DNA of 64,000 nucleotides from Sphingobacteriales bacterium (GTDB lineage Bacteria; Bacteroidota; Bacteroidia; Chitinophagales; Chitinophagaceae): NCBI GenBank assembly GCA_016235125.1, contig JACRLZ010000005.1, positions 13,707 to 77,706 of the forward strand, read 5' to 3'. Shown piece by piece: positions 1 to 10,277 of this stretch (position 1 is its first letter; each line of letters starts with the position of its first letter). The notes under the pieces were generated by a model. It saw only the letters and a program-made list of their open reading frames with translations, ran no database searches and was not told where the DNA came from. The position numbers and the translations under genes were made by a program.

Positions 1-1
1 A

Positions 2-1114
2 AAACTACGTTTAAATGAATGGTACCATTCATTTAATGACACCGAAGCTGAAATAACAACGAGTGACGGTTTGACTGAACTGCAATTGGCTGAAAGGATT
101 AAGAAGCAGGTTTTTGAAACTATTCGCACTAAACATAAGCCTGAAGTAACACTGCCCCGCCGTAAATGGCGAATACCCGCAGCAGCCGCTATCTTGTTAT
201 TAATAGCTACCGGTGCTTTTTTTATTTTTAATACAAAAGGGGATAAGCATAAGGTTGCAAATGCAAAACCACAGCCGGCATACGACATAGCACCCGGTGG
301 CAACAAGGCCGTACTCATTCTGGCAGATGGATCTTCAATTATTTTGGATAGTGCATCTAACGGAACTATTAGTCAGCAGGGAAATATTAAAATAGAGAAA
401 ATGGATAACGGGTTGCTGGCATATCTGATAAACGGAAAACAGGTTACTGAGAATGACAAGGCTTTTTATAATACCATTTCAACACCCCGTGGCGGGCAAT
501 ACCAGGTCACTCTGTCTGACGGCACAAAGGTCTGGCTGAATGCAGCATCTTCTATCCGTTTCCCGGTTTTCTTTACAGGTACAGAACGCAAAGTGGAAAT
601 AACAGGTGAAGCTTATTTTGAAGTGTCAAAAAATAAGGGCATGCCGTTTAAGGTAAAAGCTGCTACTTCGGAAATAGAAGTACTGGGCACCCATTTTAAT
701 GTAAATGCTTATGATGATGAGGCTTCTATAAAAACCACTTTGCTGGAAGGATTGGTAAAAGTGTCTGTTCCGGCGGGAGCAAGTAATCAATCAGCAAGAT
801 TTATAAAACCAGGACAGCAAGCGGATATTAATAAAGAAGGGAAAATAAATATTTTAAATAATGCGGATACAGAAGAAGCGGTGGCATGGATAAACGGCCG
901 GTTTCAATTTAAGAGTGCAGATCTGCAAAGCATTCTGCGCCAGATTTCCAGATGGTATGACGTGGATATTGAATATAAAGGAAACGCCAACCTGCACTTT
1001 ACCGGCCAGCTTCCCAGAAGTATAAGTGTATCCAAAGTATTTGAAAAATTAGAGATGACAGGTGAAGTACATCTTAAGATTGATGGAAAGAAAATAATTG
1101 TGTCACCAAAATAA
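2..1114 (+). CDS. FecR-family anti-sigma factor (5' partial)
   Basis: Frame is open from base 2, so the start lies upstream of the window. One TM segment (AAAILLLIATGAFFIF), FecR motifs TPRGGQYQVTLSDGTKVWLNAASSIRFP, GEAYFEV and VLGTHFNV. Sits directly upstream of a SusC with an STN domain. Confidence 0.93.
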   Translation, partial: KLRLNEWYHSFNDTEAEITTSDGLTELQLAERIKKQVFETIRTKHKPEVTLPRRKWRIPAAAAILLLIATGAFFIFNTKGDKHKVANAKPQPAYDIAPGGNKAVLILADGSSIILDSASNGTISQQGNIKIEKMDNGLLAYLINGKQVTENDKAFYNTISTPRGGQYQVTLSDGTKVWLNAASSIRFPVFFTGTERKVEITGEAYFEVSKNKGMPFKVKAATSEIEVLGTHFNVNAYDDEASIKTTLLEGLVKVSVPAGASNQSARFIKPGQQADINKEGKINILNNADTEEAVAWINGRFQFKSADLQSILRQISRWYDVDIEYKGNANLHFTGQLPRSISVSKVFEKLEMTGEVHLKIDGKKIIVSPK

Positions 1115-1196
1115 ACTGTTATTATGATTATTGCATTCAGCTTTTTATTTCCCTGGTTCGGTGATGGATAAATGTTGAAACGATGTCAAATAAAAA

Positions 1197-1223
1197 CCGG
1201 GCTTCGTTTGCAGCGAAACCCGG
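1197..1223 (+). promoter_or_regulatory. Stem-loop in the fecR-susC spacer / susC leader
   Basis: CCGGGCTTCG-TTTGCAG-CGAAACCCGG forms a 10-bp stem with one non-Watson-Crick pair, preceded by an A-tract. Confidence 0.5.
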
Positions 1224-1296
1224 CGAAGGTTTGAGTATCGAAGTAAACTGCGTCTGTCAACGACTGCTTATTTTTCAACCCAAACAATACAAATTT

Positions 1297-4200
1297 ATGT
1301 ATTTAAATGCTCTTTGTAAACCCGGCTTCAGGAAAAGCAGGGTTTTAACCAAAACGATTAGGATTATGAAACTTACAACAGTTTTTATAATCGCCGCCTG
1401 CCTCCAGGTCAATGCCAAAGGGTACTCTCAAAAAGTCACCCTTAACCAGACCAACATTCCTCTTCAAAAAGTATTTGAAGAAATAAGGAAACAAACCGGC
1501 TATCAGTTTTTTTATGCAGATGAAGTAGTAGCCACGGCTAAAAATGTAACGGTAAATATCCGAAAGGCGAGCATTGAAGAAGCACTTGATTTTTGCTTTC
1601 AGGATCAGCAATTAACTTATACTATTTCTGAAAACACCATTATTGTAAAAAGAAAAGTAATTGCCTCCGAGGTTAATGCCCCGCCTCCCCCGGAAATAAC
1701 AGCTATTGAAATAAAAGGGAAGGTAACTGATGATAAAGGGCAGCCTCTCGAAGGAGCTACTGTTATTGTAAAAGGAACTAATAACGGCACAAAAACAGAT
1801 GCCAATGGTAATTTCTCTATTAATGCCGAACCCAATTCAACTTTAATTATTTCATATGTCGGTTTTGAGACACTTGAAATAAAAGCAGGCAGCGGAGCTG
1901 CTTTGTCAATTGGATTAAAACCTTCTATTGCAATAGGCGAACAGATAGTAGTAGTAGGTTACGGGACACAGAAGAAAAGTGATGTAACCGGCGCTGTTTC
2001 AAAAGTAGATATGGATAAAGCTAAAGCCATTCCAACCACCAATATTGCTGAAATGATACGGGGCCAGGCTGCCGGTGTGCAGGTTACATTGCTCTCGGCC
2101 AGGCCCGGTGGTAATTCAAGTATTTTAATAAGGGGCAGGCATTCAATCCGAGGTGGCAACGACCCATTGATTGTATTAGATGGTTTTCCCATTGAGAATA
2201 TTAATGATGTAAACCCGGATGATATTGCTTCCATTGAGGTGTTGAAAGATGCATCGGCACAAGCTATTTATGGTGCCAGGGCTTCTAACGGGGTTATACT
2301 TATAACTACTAAAAAAGGGAAGTCCGGTAAAATGAGAGTGGGGGTAAATACGTATGTAACTACACAAAAACTTACCAAAAATTTTGATCTGTATTCTCCC
2401 GAGGAATTTGCACAGTTAAGAAGGGAAGCCGTTCGGGCTACCAATCCTGTAGTAGGCGGCGTACAGGCATATAGCCCCGATAATGTAAATTTTACAGGTC
2501 TGGAAGGCGCTAATTTCCGGGCAGGCAGATATGCCAACTGGGAAGATGAAGTTTTAAAAACCGGCGTTACCAACAGTAACACGGTCAGTTTAAGCGGTGG
2601 TAATGAAAATACCAAACTGTTTGCCAGTATCAATTACTTTAAACAAACTGGCTTAGTGCCAAGCGCCGATTATAAAAGGGGTTCATTCAGGTTTAATATT
2701 GATCAAAAAATAAACAGTAAAGCAAGTATTGAAGCCAATTTAAATTTTTTGACCGATAAACAAAGAAAAGAAACACCCGGCCTTGATTTTATTACCATTT
2801 CACCTTTTACAGGCCCTTACGATTCTCTTGGAAACTTAGTAAAGCTTGTTGCAGGCGCCAATGCCAGCAGCAGTAATATTAATCCGCTATGGAATATCAG
2901 GGAATCAGATAATGATACCAAGGTTAACCTGTATAACCTGAACTTAATTGGTAATTACAAATTCACTAAAAATTTCTCTTACAAATTAAATACCTTATTA
3001 AGCAGGAGAAATGTGGATGAAGGAAGCTATATTTCCAAACTGCACTCTGCCGGCGTTACACCCAATGGCAGCGCTTCAGTTGCCAATACTTTACGGGAAG
3101 AATATCTGATTGAAAATATCCTGAACTATAGCGGACAGTCAGGAAGCAACCATAAGTTTGATGTAACCCTTGTCCAGTCTGTTAACCAGCGTAACACTTC
3201 CAGAACAACTTCTACCGGAACAGGATTTGGAAATGATATTCTGGGTTATGATGGTATTACCAATGCCCTTATTTTTAAAACATCAAGGGTGGAAGAGCAA
3301 TACAGGCTTGCTTCTTTCCTGGGCAGGATACGTTATACACTGATGGATAAATACCTGCTTACGTTTACTGCCCGTCAGGACGGAGCTTCTGTTTTCGGGG
3401 AAAATAAAAAATGGGGATTCTTTCCTGCAGCATCTGTAGCATGGCAAATACATAAAGAGACTTTCCTTAAAAATGTAAAAGCCATTGACCAGTTAAAACT
3501 GAGGTTGAGTTATGGCGCTGTGGGCAACCAGTCCTTAGACCCATACACTACGCTTGGCGTTGTAAGCAGCCTTCCATACGTTTATGGCGGAGCTATTGTT
3601 GGTGGCGCATTGCCGGGTAGTGTACTGCCCAATCCAAACCTGACCTGGGAAACTTCCACCACTTTTAACCTCGGGCTTGATTTCGGATTGATCAATAACC
3701 GCATCACCGGAACCGTGGAATTTTACAATACCAAAACAACAGATCTGCTGACAGATATTTCCCTGGGCGGTACCTCCGGTTTCAGTTCTATGATAACTAA
3801 CGGGGGTGAATCAAAAAACAGCGGGATAGAATTATTATTGACCGGGCATATCATCAGGAATAAAAATTTAAACTGGAGTGTAACTACAGCATTTACGAAA
3901 AATAAAAATAAAATATTAAAAACAGGCATAGTAGATGTGAATGGCAATCCTAAAGACGATCTGGGAAGAAACAGGTTTGTGGGCCAACCTATCAATGTAA
4001 TACGTACGATGTTATTTGACGGTATTTTTCAAACCGATGCAGAAGCAATAGCGTCACCACAGGGCACATTGGGCGGCACGGTTACACCTTTTACTAACTT
4101 AACGGTATTAAAAGCCGGCACCATCCGTATTAAAGATGTAAATGGCGATGGCAGGATTACTGATGCAGACAATGTTATTCTTGACGCAAACCCCAAATGG

Positions 4201-4659
4201 TATGCTGCTATATCAACTAACCTGGAGTATAAAAATTTTGAATTGTTAGCTGATCTGTACATTGTTCAGGACATTTGGAAATCAAACCCCTACCTCGGGA
4301 ATTTTAATGAAGGGGGCACTCTGCAATCTTACAGAAACGGGATAAAAGTTAATTACTGGACACCGGAGAATCATTCGAACACTCACCCCCGTCCAAACTA
4401 CGGCAGCGGCACCGGCCCGGCACATACAGGTGTATTGACGATTGCAGATGCTTCTTACGTAAGATTAAGAACTCTTTCGCTGGGATATAATCTGTCGTCA
4501 TCTCTGTTAGGCAAATTGAAGATGGGCAGTTTGAAAATCTATATAACGGCCAACAATCTATTTACCGCTACAAAATATAAATCATACAGCCCGGAAAATA
4601 ATCCCAACGATTTTCCTGATACCAAAGGATTTACGTTTGGGATAAATGTGGGGTTATAA
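1297..4659 (+). CDS. SusC/RagA-family TonB-dependent outer-membrane transporter with N-terminal STN domain
   Basis: STN-like segment, CarboxypepD-like domain (VIVKGTNNGTKTDANGNFSI), plug motifs VVVGYGTQKK and SIEVLKDASAQAIYGARASNGVILITTK, C-terminal barrel ending GINVGL. Start more likely ATG 1297 (or 1366) than the ORF-track start 1183. Confidence 0.96.
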   Translation: MYLNALCKPGFRKSRVLTKTIRIMKLTTVFIIAACLQVNAKGYSQKVTLNQTNIPLQKVFEEIRKQTGYQFFYADEVVATAKNVTVNIRKASIEEALDFCFQDQQLTYTISENTIIVKRKVIASEVNAPPPPEITAIEIKGKVTDDKGQPLEGATVIVKGTNNGTKTDANGNFSINAEPNSTLIISYVGFETLEIKAGSGAALSIGLKPSIAIGEQIVVVGYGTQKKSDVTGAVSKVDMDKAKAIPTTNIAEMIRGQAAGVQVTLLSARPGGNSSILIRGRHSIRGGNDPLIVLDGFPIENINDVNPDDIASIEVLKDASAQAIYGARASNGVILITTKKGKSGKMRVGVNTYVTTQKLTKNFDLYSPEEFAQLRREAVRATNPVVGGVQAYSPDNVNFTGLEGANFRAGRYANWEDEVLKTGVTNSNTVSLSGGNENTKLFASINYFKQTGLVPSADYKRGSFRFNIDQKINSKASIEANLNFLTDKQRKETPGLDFITISPFTGPYDSLGNLVKLVAGANASSSNINPLWNIRESDNDTKVNLYNLNLIGNYKFTKNFSYKLNTLLSRRNVDEGSYISKLHSAGVTPNGSASVANTLREEYLIENILNYSGQSGSNHKFDVTLVQSVNQRNTSRTTSTGTGFGNDILGYDGITNALIFKTSRVEEQYRLASFLGRIRYTLMDKYLLTFTARQDGASVFGENKKWGFFPAASVAWQIHKETFLKNVKAIDQLKLRLSYGAVGNQSLDPYTTLGVVSSLPYVYGGAIVGGALPGSVLPNPNLTWETSTTFNLGLDFGLINNRITGTVEFYNTKTTDLLTDISLGGTSGFSSMITNGGESKNSGIELLLTGHIIRNKNLNWSVTTAFTKNKNKILKTGIVDVNGNPKDDLGRNRFVGQPINVIRTMLFDGIFQTDAEAIASPQGTLGGTVTPFTNLTVLKAGTIRIKDVNGDGRITDADNVILDANPKWYAAISTNLEYKNFELLADLYIVQDIWKSNPYLGNFNEGGTLQSYRNGIKVNYWTPENHSNTHPRPNYGSGTGPAHTGVLTIADASYVRLRTLSLGYNLSSSLLGKLKMGSLKIYITANNLFTATKYKSYSPENNPNDFPDTKGFTFGINVGL

Positions 4660-4685
4660 TAATTATACATCTTAAAACAAAAGCA

Positions 4686-6350
4686 ATGAAAAAAATAACA
4701 ACTTATATGAAATGGAGCCTTGCTCTGTTTTTAACATTGAGTTTTTTTACTTCATGTAAGAAATTCTTAACGGAGAACCCTACTTCGGGGTTTACGGCCG
4801 ATTTTGTATATAATACACCCGAGGGCCTGGAAGCCGGCGTAGTAGGATTGTATAGTTTTCAACGGGCCTTTTGGGAAAATTTGGGCAATAATGGCTCTAA
4901 CCCCATTGTAATTGATGCTAAAGATGACCTTGTTATTAATCGTAATGCTGAAGTAGCTAACTACGGCAGAATGTTTTGCGGCACCACTCCGGATAACGAT
5001 TGTGGTGGTGTGTACAGCAATTACTGGCGTACCTATTACCGTATCATTGACCGGGCTAATGCCATCATCAAAGCTGCGGAAAGCAGATCAGATAAGGATC
5101 AGTCAAGAATTGTACGGGTAATTGCAGAAGCTAAATTTTTCAGGGCCAACTCAATATTTGTTTTATACAGGCTGTTTAATAATATTTATGTAACTACAGA
5201 GCCTACAACCCCTGAAAATGCATTAAATATCATTCAGGATAAAACACCTGTAGTAGATATTTACAAACAGATTAATGATGATCTTACTTATGCCATTTCT
5301 AATTTGAGCTGGACCACAACTGAGTTTGGCCGCATTACACAAGGCGCAGCCAGGCATTTGAAGGCCGACGTGGCTTTGTGGCAGCAAAACTGGGCTGAGG
5401 CAAAAGCTCAGTCTGAAGCCGTCATTGCACAAACTGCTGTTCACAACCTTGTAGCATCCACTGCCCTTGTATTTAAAGGCGACCTGAAAAATTCTGAAAA
5501 CCTATGGGTATTACAATGGAAGAAAAATGAAAATGGCACAGCCCATAAAATCAATTTCAACCTGATGCCGAACTATGCAGAACAAACCCCAGGTTCAAAA
5601 TATTCAATAGAACAGGCTGGCCGTGGATTTGGCTGGCTTACTATGAATAATTATATACGGGATTTATTTGCGCAGTTTCCGGGAGATACCCGTATAAAAG
5701 GAACCTATTATATCAAAGAATATGTATTTAATGATCCTGCCACTTTGCCGCCTGGGGCAACATTAGGGGCTGTACTTAATTTTGCACCTACTACACCCTG
5801 GAAAGAATTTGCAGCTTCTGCCAGTGACAGAAACGGATTTTTTATTCGTATGAATGCAGGTTGCAGAAAGTATTTTCCGGATGACGGGATACCCACCGAG
5901 GACCTGCAAACAAAAAACATTGCTGTATTCAGGTTTGCTGAAACACTGCTTTTTGCAGCAGAAGCCAATATGATGCTGGGCGATAATGGAACAGCCCTTA
6001 CACAGTTAAACAGGGTAAGAAACAGGGCTGGCGTGCCCAATGCAACCGCTATCACCATTGATACTATTTTAAATGAGCAGGCAAAGGAGCTGGCCTTTGA
6101 AGGCCGCCGCCTGTATATGCTTAAAAGATTAGGCAGGTTATATAGTTATATAGTTGATCATTCAGGTTATGGTAAAGCAGGGGATCTGAGCCTTGAGAAT
6201 TCTGCCGGGCATGCTAACACACCTGCTGATCCGTTCCCGTACAGAAATGAATCAAGAAGGACAATGAAAACATGGATGGTAAACTGGCCAATACCAAGAG
6301 CCGAAATAAATTTATTGGGACCTGCTTACCCGCAAAATACAGGGTATTAA
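4686..6350 (+). CDS. SusD/RagB-family glycan-binding lipoprotein
   Basis: Lipobox FFTSC; SusD motifs AEAKFFRA, FRFAETLLFAAEA, LNRVRNRAG, ELAFEGRR and WPIP; directly follows susC. Confidence 0.95.
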   Translation: MKKITTYMKWSLALFLTLSFFTSCKKFLTENPTSGFTADFVYNTPEGLEAGVVGLYSFQRAFWENLGNNGSNPIVIDAKDDLVINRNAEVANYGRMFCGTTPDNDCGGVYSNYWRTYYRIIDRANAIIKAAESRSDKDQSRIVRVIAEAKFFRANSIFVLYRLFNNIYVTTEPTTPENALNIIQDKTPVVDIYKQINDDLTYAISNLSWTTTEFGRITQGAARHLKADVALWQQNWAEAKAQSEAVIAQTAVHNLVASTALVFKGDLKNSENLWVLQWKKNENGTAHKINFNLMPNYAEQTPGSKYSIEQAGRGFGWLTMNNYIRDLFAQFPGDTRIKGTYYIKEYVFNDPATLPPGATLGAVLNFAPTTPWKEFAASASDRNGFFIRMNAGCRKYFPDDGIPTEDLQTKNIAVFRFAETLLFAAEANMMLGDNGTALTQLNRVRNRAGVPNATAITIDTILNEQAKELAFEGRRLYMLKRLGRLYSYIVDHSGYGKAGDLSLENSAGHANTPADPFPYRNESRRTMKTWMVNWPIPRAEINLLGPAYPQNTGY

Positions 6351-6385
6351 GTTTTATAATTAGTCTCATATAGCAGGATAAATAA

Positions 6386-6414
6386 AAAGCATGGGGCAGC
6401 AATGCCCCTGCTTT
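6386..6414 (+). terminator. Probable intrinsic terminator after susD
   Basis: AAAGCATGGGGCA-GCAA-TGCCCCTGCTTT hairpin followed by a T-rich tract. Confidence 0.65.
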
Positions 6415-6442
6415 ATTATTGCTATTGATTATATCTTTAAGC

Positions 6443-7969
6443 ATGAAATTTCATTTTATTATAGTTGTACTGGTTTTATTTTCCTGTAAGGCCCCGCAAA
6501 AGGCTTTGAATTCAAAAACCGGGTATGAAAAGAATCCGGTTATTGCGCACCGCGGCGCTTTTAAGAAAAACAATTTTCCCGAAAACTCTATAGCATCACT
6601 TAAAGAAGCCATCCGGCTGAAATGCAGCGGCTCTGAATTTGATGTAAGAATGACAGCTGACGATTCATTAATACTTAATCATGACCCTGATTACAATATA
6701 CTGCCGGTAGAAAAAACAAACTATGCTGACTTGATTGCTTTCAAACTTTCCAACGGCGAAAAGCTGCCAACATTAAGGGAATATATTCTGGCAGGACTCG
6801 AAAACAATACTTCCACAAAATTGGTTTGCGAAATAAAACCTTCAACAATAAGTAAAGAAAGGGGAAAAGAAATTGCTGCCAGGGTATTGAGACTTTTTAA
6901 ACAACTCCGGGCTGAACAATATGTAGTTTACATCAGTTTTGATTATGATATCCTCAAAGAAATTATCAGGCTTAATCCCAATGCCATCACACAATATCTG
7001 AATGGGGAAAAAACGCCGGAACAATTAAAGGCAAATGGAATTGCCGGGGCTGACTATCATTTTTCAGTTTTTAAATATCATCCTGACTGGATTGAAAGTG
7101 CAAGGAAAAACGGCATTATCCTGAATGCCTGGACGGTAAATGAAGCTGCTGATATGGACTGGTTGCTGGCAAATGGCTTTGATTTTATAACTACTAATGA
7201 ACCGGAATTATTATTTGAAAGGATAAAGAATTCTCCAACTGCTGCCGGATGGAAATTAACCTGGAGCGATGAATTTAATTACAAAGGGTTGCCGGACAGC
7301 AGCAAATGGAATTACAATGTTGGCGGGCACGGCTGGGGCAACAATGAATTGCAGTATTATACAGCAATGGATACGTTGAACGCAAAAGTGGGAAGCGGCG
7401 TTTTAAAAATCAGTGCAAGAAAACAAACAATTGAAAACAGGCAATATACTTCTGCAAGATTAGTGACGAAAAATAAAGCTGATTTTAAATACGGCAGAAT
7501 TGAAATCAGCGTAAAATTACCAAAGGGAAGAGGCACCTGGCCTGCTGTATGGATGCTTGGAAAAAATATTGATGAAGTGAAATGGCCGGCATGTGGCGAA
7601 ATTGATATAATGGAACATGTTGGTTATGAAAAGGACAGTATATTCGGGACTATTCATACAGAAGCCTATAACCACATGAAGGGAACACAAAAAGGCAAAG
7701 GCATTTTCATTAATAGCCCTTATGATTCTTTTCATCTTTATTCCATTGAATGGACACCTGAGAAAATTGATTTTATGATGGATGGAGTGATATATAATCA
7801 CATCACAAATGAACATTTAACAACAAAGGAATGGCCATTTGACCAGCCATTTTTCTTAATTATTAACCTGGCGATAGGCGGAAACTGGGGCGGAGCAAGG
7901 GGGGTTGATGAAAATATTTTTCCCGCTGTTATGGAAGTTGACTATGTCAGGGTTTTTCAAACTAAGTAA
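6443..7969 (+). CDS. Lipoprotein: glycerophosphodiester phosphodiesterase (GDPD) domain fused to GH16 glycoside hydrolase domain
   Basis: Lipobox VLFSC from ATG 6443. GDPD motifs IAHRG, PENS, EFDVRMT and NAWTVN...ITTNEP. GH16 motifs WSDEF, YGRIE, GTWPAVW and the catalytic GEIDIME. Confidence 0.9.
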   Translation: MKFHFIIVVLVLFSCKAPQKALNSKTGYEKNPVIAHRGAFKKNNFPENSIASLKEAIRLKCSGSEFDVRMTADDSLILNHDPDYNILPVEKTNYADLIAFKLSNGEKLPTLREYILAGLENNTSTKLVCEIKPSTISKERGKEIAARVLRLFKQLRAEQYVVYISFDYDILKEIIRLNPNAITQYLNGEKTPEQLKANGIAGADYHFSVFKYHPDWIESARKNGIILNAWTVNEAADMDWLLANGFDFITTNEPELLFERIKNSPTAAGWKLTWSDEFNYKGLPDSSKWNYNVGGHGWGNNELQYYTAMDTLNAKVGSGVLKISARKQTIENRQYTSARLVTKNKADFKYGRIEISVKLPKGRGTWPAVWMLGKNIDEVKWPACGEIDIMEHVGYEKDSIFGTIHTEAYNHMKGTQKGKGIFINSPYDSFHLYSIEWTPEKIDFMMDGVIYNHITNEHLTTKEWPFDQPFFLIINLAIGGNWGGARGVDENIFPAVMEVDYVRVFQTK

Positions 7970-7978
7970 TAAAATTGT

Positions 7979-10222
7979 ATGCTGAAGAAATACAGGGTCT
8001 CATTTTATTTGTTACTGTTATGTGCCAATCAATTTCTTGTTGTGGATGCACAACAAAAATCAATCAGCCAGAAAGTTGATTCCGTTTTACGTTTAATGAC
8101 ATTGGAAGAAAAAATCGGTCAGCTCAATCAATACAATGATGACTGGACGGCTACCGGCCCGGTAACATTAGACAACAGTAAAGCAGAACAAATTAAAAAA
8201 GGCCAGGTTGGTTCTTTATTAAATTGTATCGGAACCGAACGTAGCAGAAACTGGCAGAATATTGCCATGCAATCCCGTTTAAAAATTCCTTTACTTTTCG
8301 GTCAGGATGTTATTCATGGATTTAAAACAACTTTTCCCATTCCATTGGCTGAAGCCGCAAGTTGGGATTTGGATGCAATACAGTTATCAGCAAGAATTGC
8401 AGCAACAGAAGCAAGTGCAAGCGGCATCCACTGGACATTTGCGCCAATGGTGGATATTGCCCGTGACCCCCGCTGGGGAAGAGTGATGGAAGGCGCAGGC
8501 GAAGACCCTTATCTCGGTTCTAAGATTGCTTATGCAAGGGTAAAAGGTTTCCAGGGAAATAAATTGGGTGATGTAAATGCATTAATGGCTTGTGCCAAAC
8601 ATTTTGCGGCGTATGGCGCTGCAATCGGTGGCAGGGATTATAATTCTGTTGACATGAGTGACAGATTGCTATGGGAAGTTTATTTACCACCCTTTAAGGC
8701 AGCTGTTGATGCAGGAGCGGCAACATTCATGAATTCGTTTAATGATATTAATGGCGTACCGGCTACAGGAAATAAATATTTACAAAGAGATATTTTAAAA
8801 GGTAAATGGGGCTTTAAAGGTTTTGTTGTAAGCGACTGGGGAAGCATTGGCGAAATGATTAACCATGGCAATGTAAAGAATGAATACGAGGCAGCTTTGT
8901 CTGCCATCACTGCAGGAAGTGATATGGATATGGAGAGCAGGTGTTATAAAAATAATCTGGCACAATTGGTAAAGGACAAAAAAATCCTTGTTGCCGTAAT
9001 TGACGATGCGGTAAAAAGAATTCTGAAAAAAAAATTTGAGCTTGGCTTGTTTGATGACCCTTTCAAATTTTGCAATGCTGCAAGGGAACAAAAAGAATTA
9101 AATGATCCTGAGCATACAAAAATTGCAAGAGAAGTTGCGGCTAAAAGCATAGTGTTGCTCAAAAATCAAAATAATCTATTACCGCTTTCAGAAAATTTAA
9201 AAACGATTGCATTTATTGGCCCGCTGGTGAAGGCTTTAAAACAAAATAAGGGTTTTTGGGATGTGGAAGTGCCGGGAGTTGATTCAAACTTCATTGTATC
9301 CCAATGGGAGGGCCTGCAGAATAAAGTTGGCGCCAATACAAAACTGCTTTATGCAAAGGGATGCGAAATTGAAGGAGATAGGAAAGACGGTTTTGCTGAA
9401 GCTGTTGAAATTGCAAAACAATCTGACGTAGTTATTCTCAGCATTGGTGAGAGGAGAGATATGAGTGGCGAAGCCAAAAGCCGCAGCAATATTAATATTC
9501 CCGGAGTGCAGGAAGATTTGCTGAAAGAACTTTTAGCAACAGGTAAACCTGTTGTGGTGTTGATAAATGCTGGCCGTCCATTGGTGTTTAATTACACTGC
9601 TGATAATGCTCCTGCTATTTTATATACCTGGTGGCTGGGAAGTGAGGCCGGCAATGCCATTGCTGATGTATTATTTGGTGATTATAATCCTTCTGCAAAA
9701 CTGCCTATAAGTTTTCCAGGAAGTGTTGGACAGATACCGATTTATTACAGTCACTTTAATACCGGCCGTCCTGCAACAAACGACAGCAACCATAATTACA
9801 ATTCTTCTTACACTGATTTATCTATTTTTCCAAAGTATGAGTTTGGTTATGGATTAAGTTATACTAATTTTCAATACAGCAATTTACAACTGAGTAAAAA
9901 GAAAATGAAAGCCGGTGAACAAATTAAAGTATCTGTAACTATTGCCAACTCGGGTAAATATGATGGGGAGGAAGTTGTACAATTATATCTGAGGGATAAA
10001 GTAGGCTCCATTTCAAGGCCGGTAAAAGAACTAAAAGATTTTAAGAAAATAAAACTACTTGCAGGAGAAAGCAAAACCATCAAATTTATTATTGATAAGG
10101 AAAAACTCTCTTTCTATAATCAGCAACTGCAATGGGTGGCTGAGCCGGGGGATTTTGAACTGATGATTGGCACTTCATCAAGAGATATAAAATTAAAAGA
10201 CAATTTTGAATTGATCCAATAA
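7979..10222 (+). CDS. bglX: GH3 beta-glucosidase (BglX-like)
   Basis: Signal peptide; GQDVIHG, ARDPRWGRVMEGAGED, AKHFAAYG, nucleophile VVSDW, acid/base region GEAKSRS, C-terminal Fn3-like domain EEVVQLY. Confidence 0.93.
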   Translation: MLKKYRVSFYLLLLCANQFLVVDAQQKSISQKVDSVLRLMTLEEKIGQLNQYNDDWTATGPVTLDNSKAEQIKKGQVGSLLNCIGTERSRNWQNIAMQSRLKIPLLFGQDVIHGFKTTFPIPLAEAASWDLDAIQLSARIAATEASASGIHWTFAPMVDIARDPRWGRVMEGAGEDPYLGSKIAYARVKGFQGNKLGDVNALMACAKHFAAYGAAIGGRDYNSVDMSDRLLWEVYLPPFKAAVDAGAATFMNSFNDINGVPATGNKYLQRDILKGKWGFKGFVVSDWGSIGEMINHGNVKNEYEAALSAITAGSDMDMESRCYKNNLAQLVKDKKILVAVIDDAVKRILKKKFELGLFDDPFKFCNAAREQKELNDPEHTKIAREVAAKSIVLLKNQNNLLPLSENLKTIAFIGPLVKALKQNKGFWDVEVPGVDSNFIVSQWEGLQNKVGANTKLLYAKGCEIEGDRKDGFAEAVEIAKQSDVVILSIGERRDMSGEAKSRSNINIPGVQEDLLKELLATGKPVVVLINAGRPLVFNYTADNAPAILYTWWLGSEAGNAIADVLFGDYNPSAKLPISFPGSVGQIPIYYSHFNTGRPATNDSNHNYNSSYTDLSIFPKYEFGYGLSYTNFQYSNLQLSKKKMKAGEQIKVSVTIANSGKYDGEEVVQLYLRDKVGSISRPVKELKDFKKIKLLAGESKTIKFIIDKEKLSFYNQQLQWVAEPGDFELMIGTSSRDIKLKDNFELIQ

Positions 10223-10277
10223 AAATAGCCTGATTATTTTACACGAAAATTTTAAACCAAACTAAACAATTTTCAAC

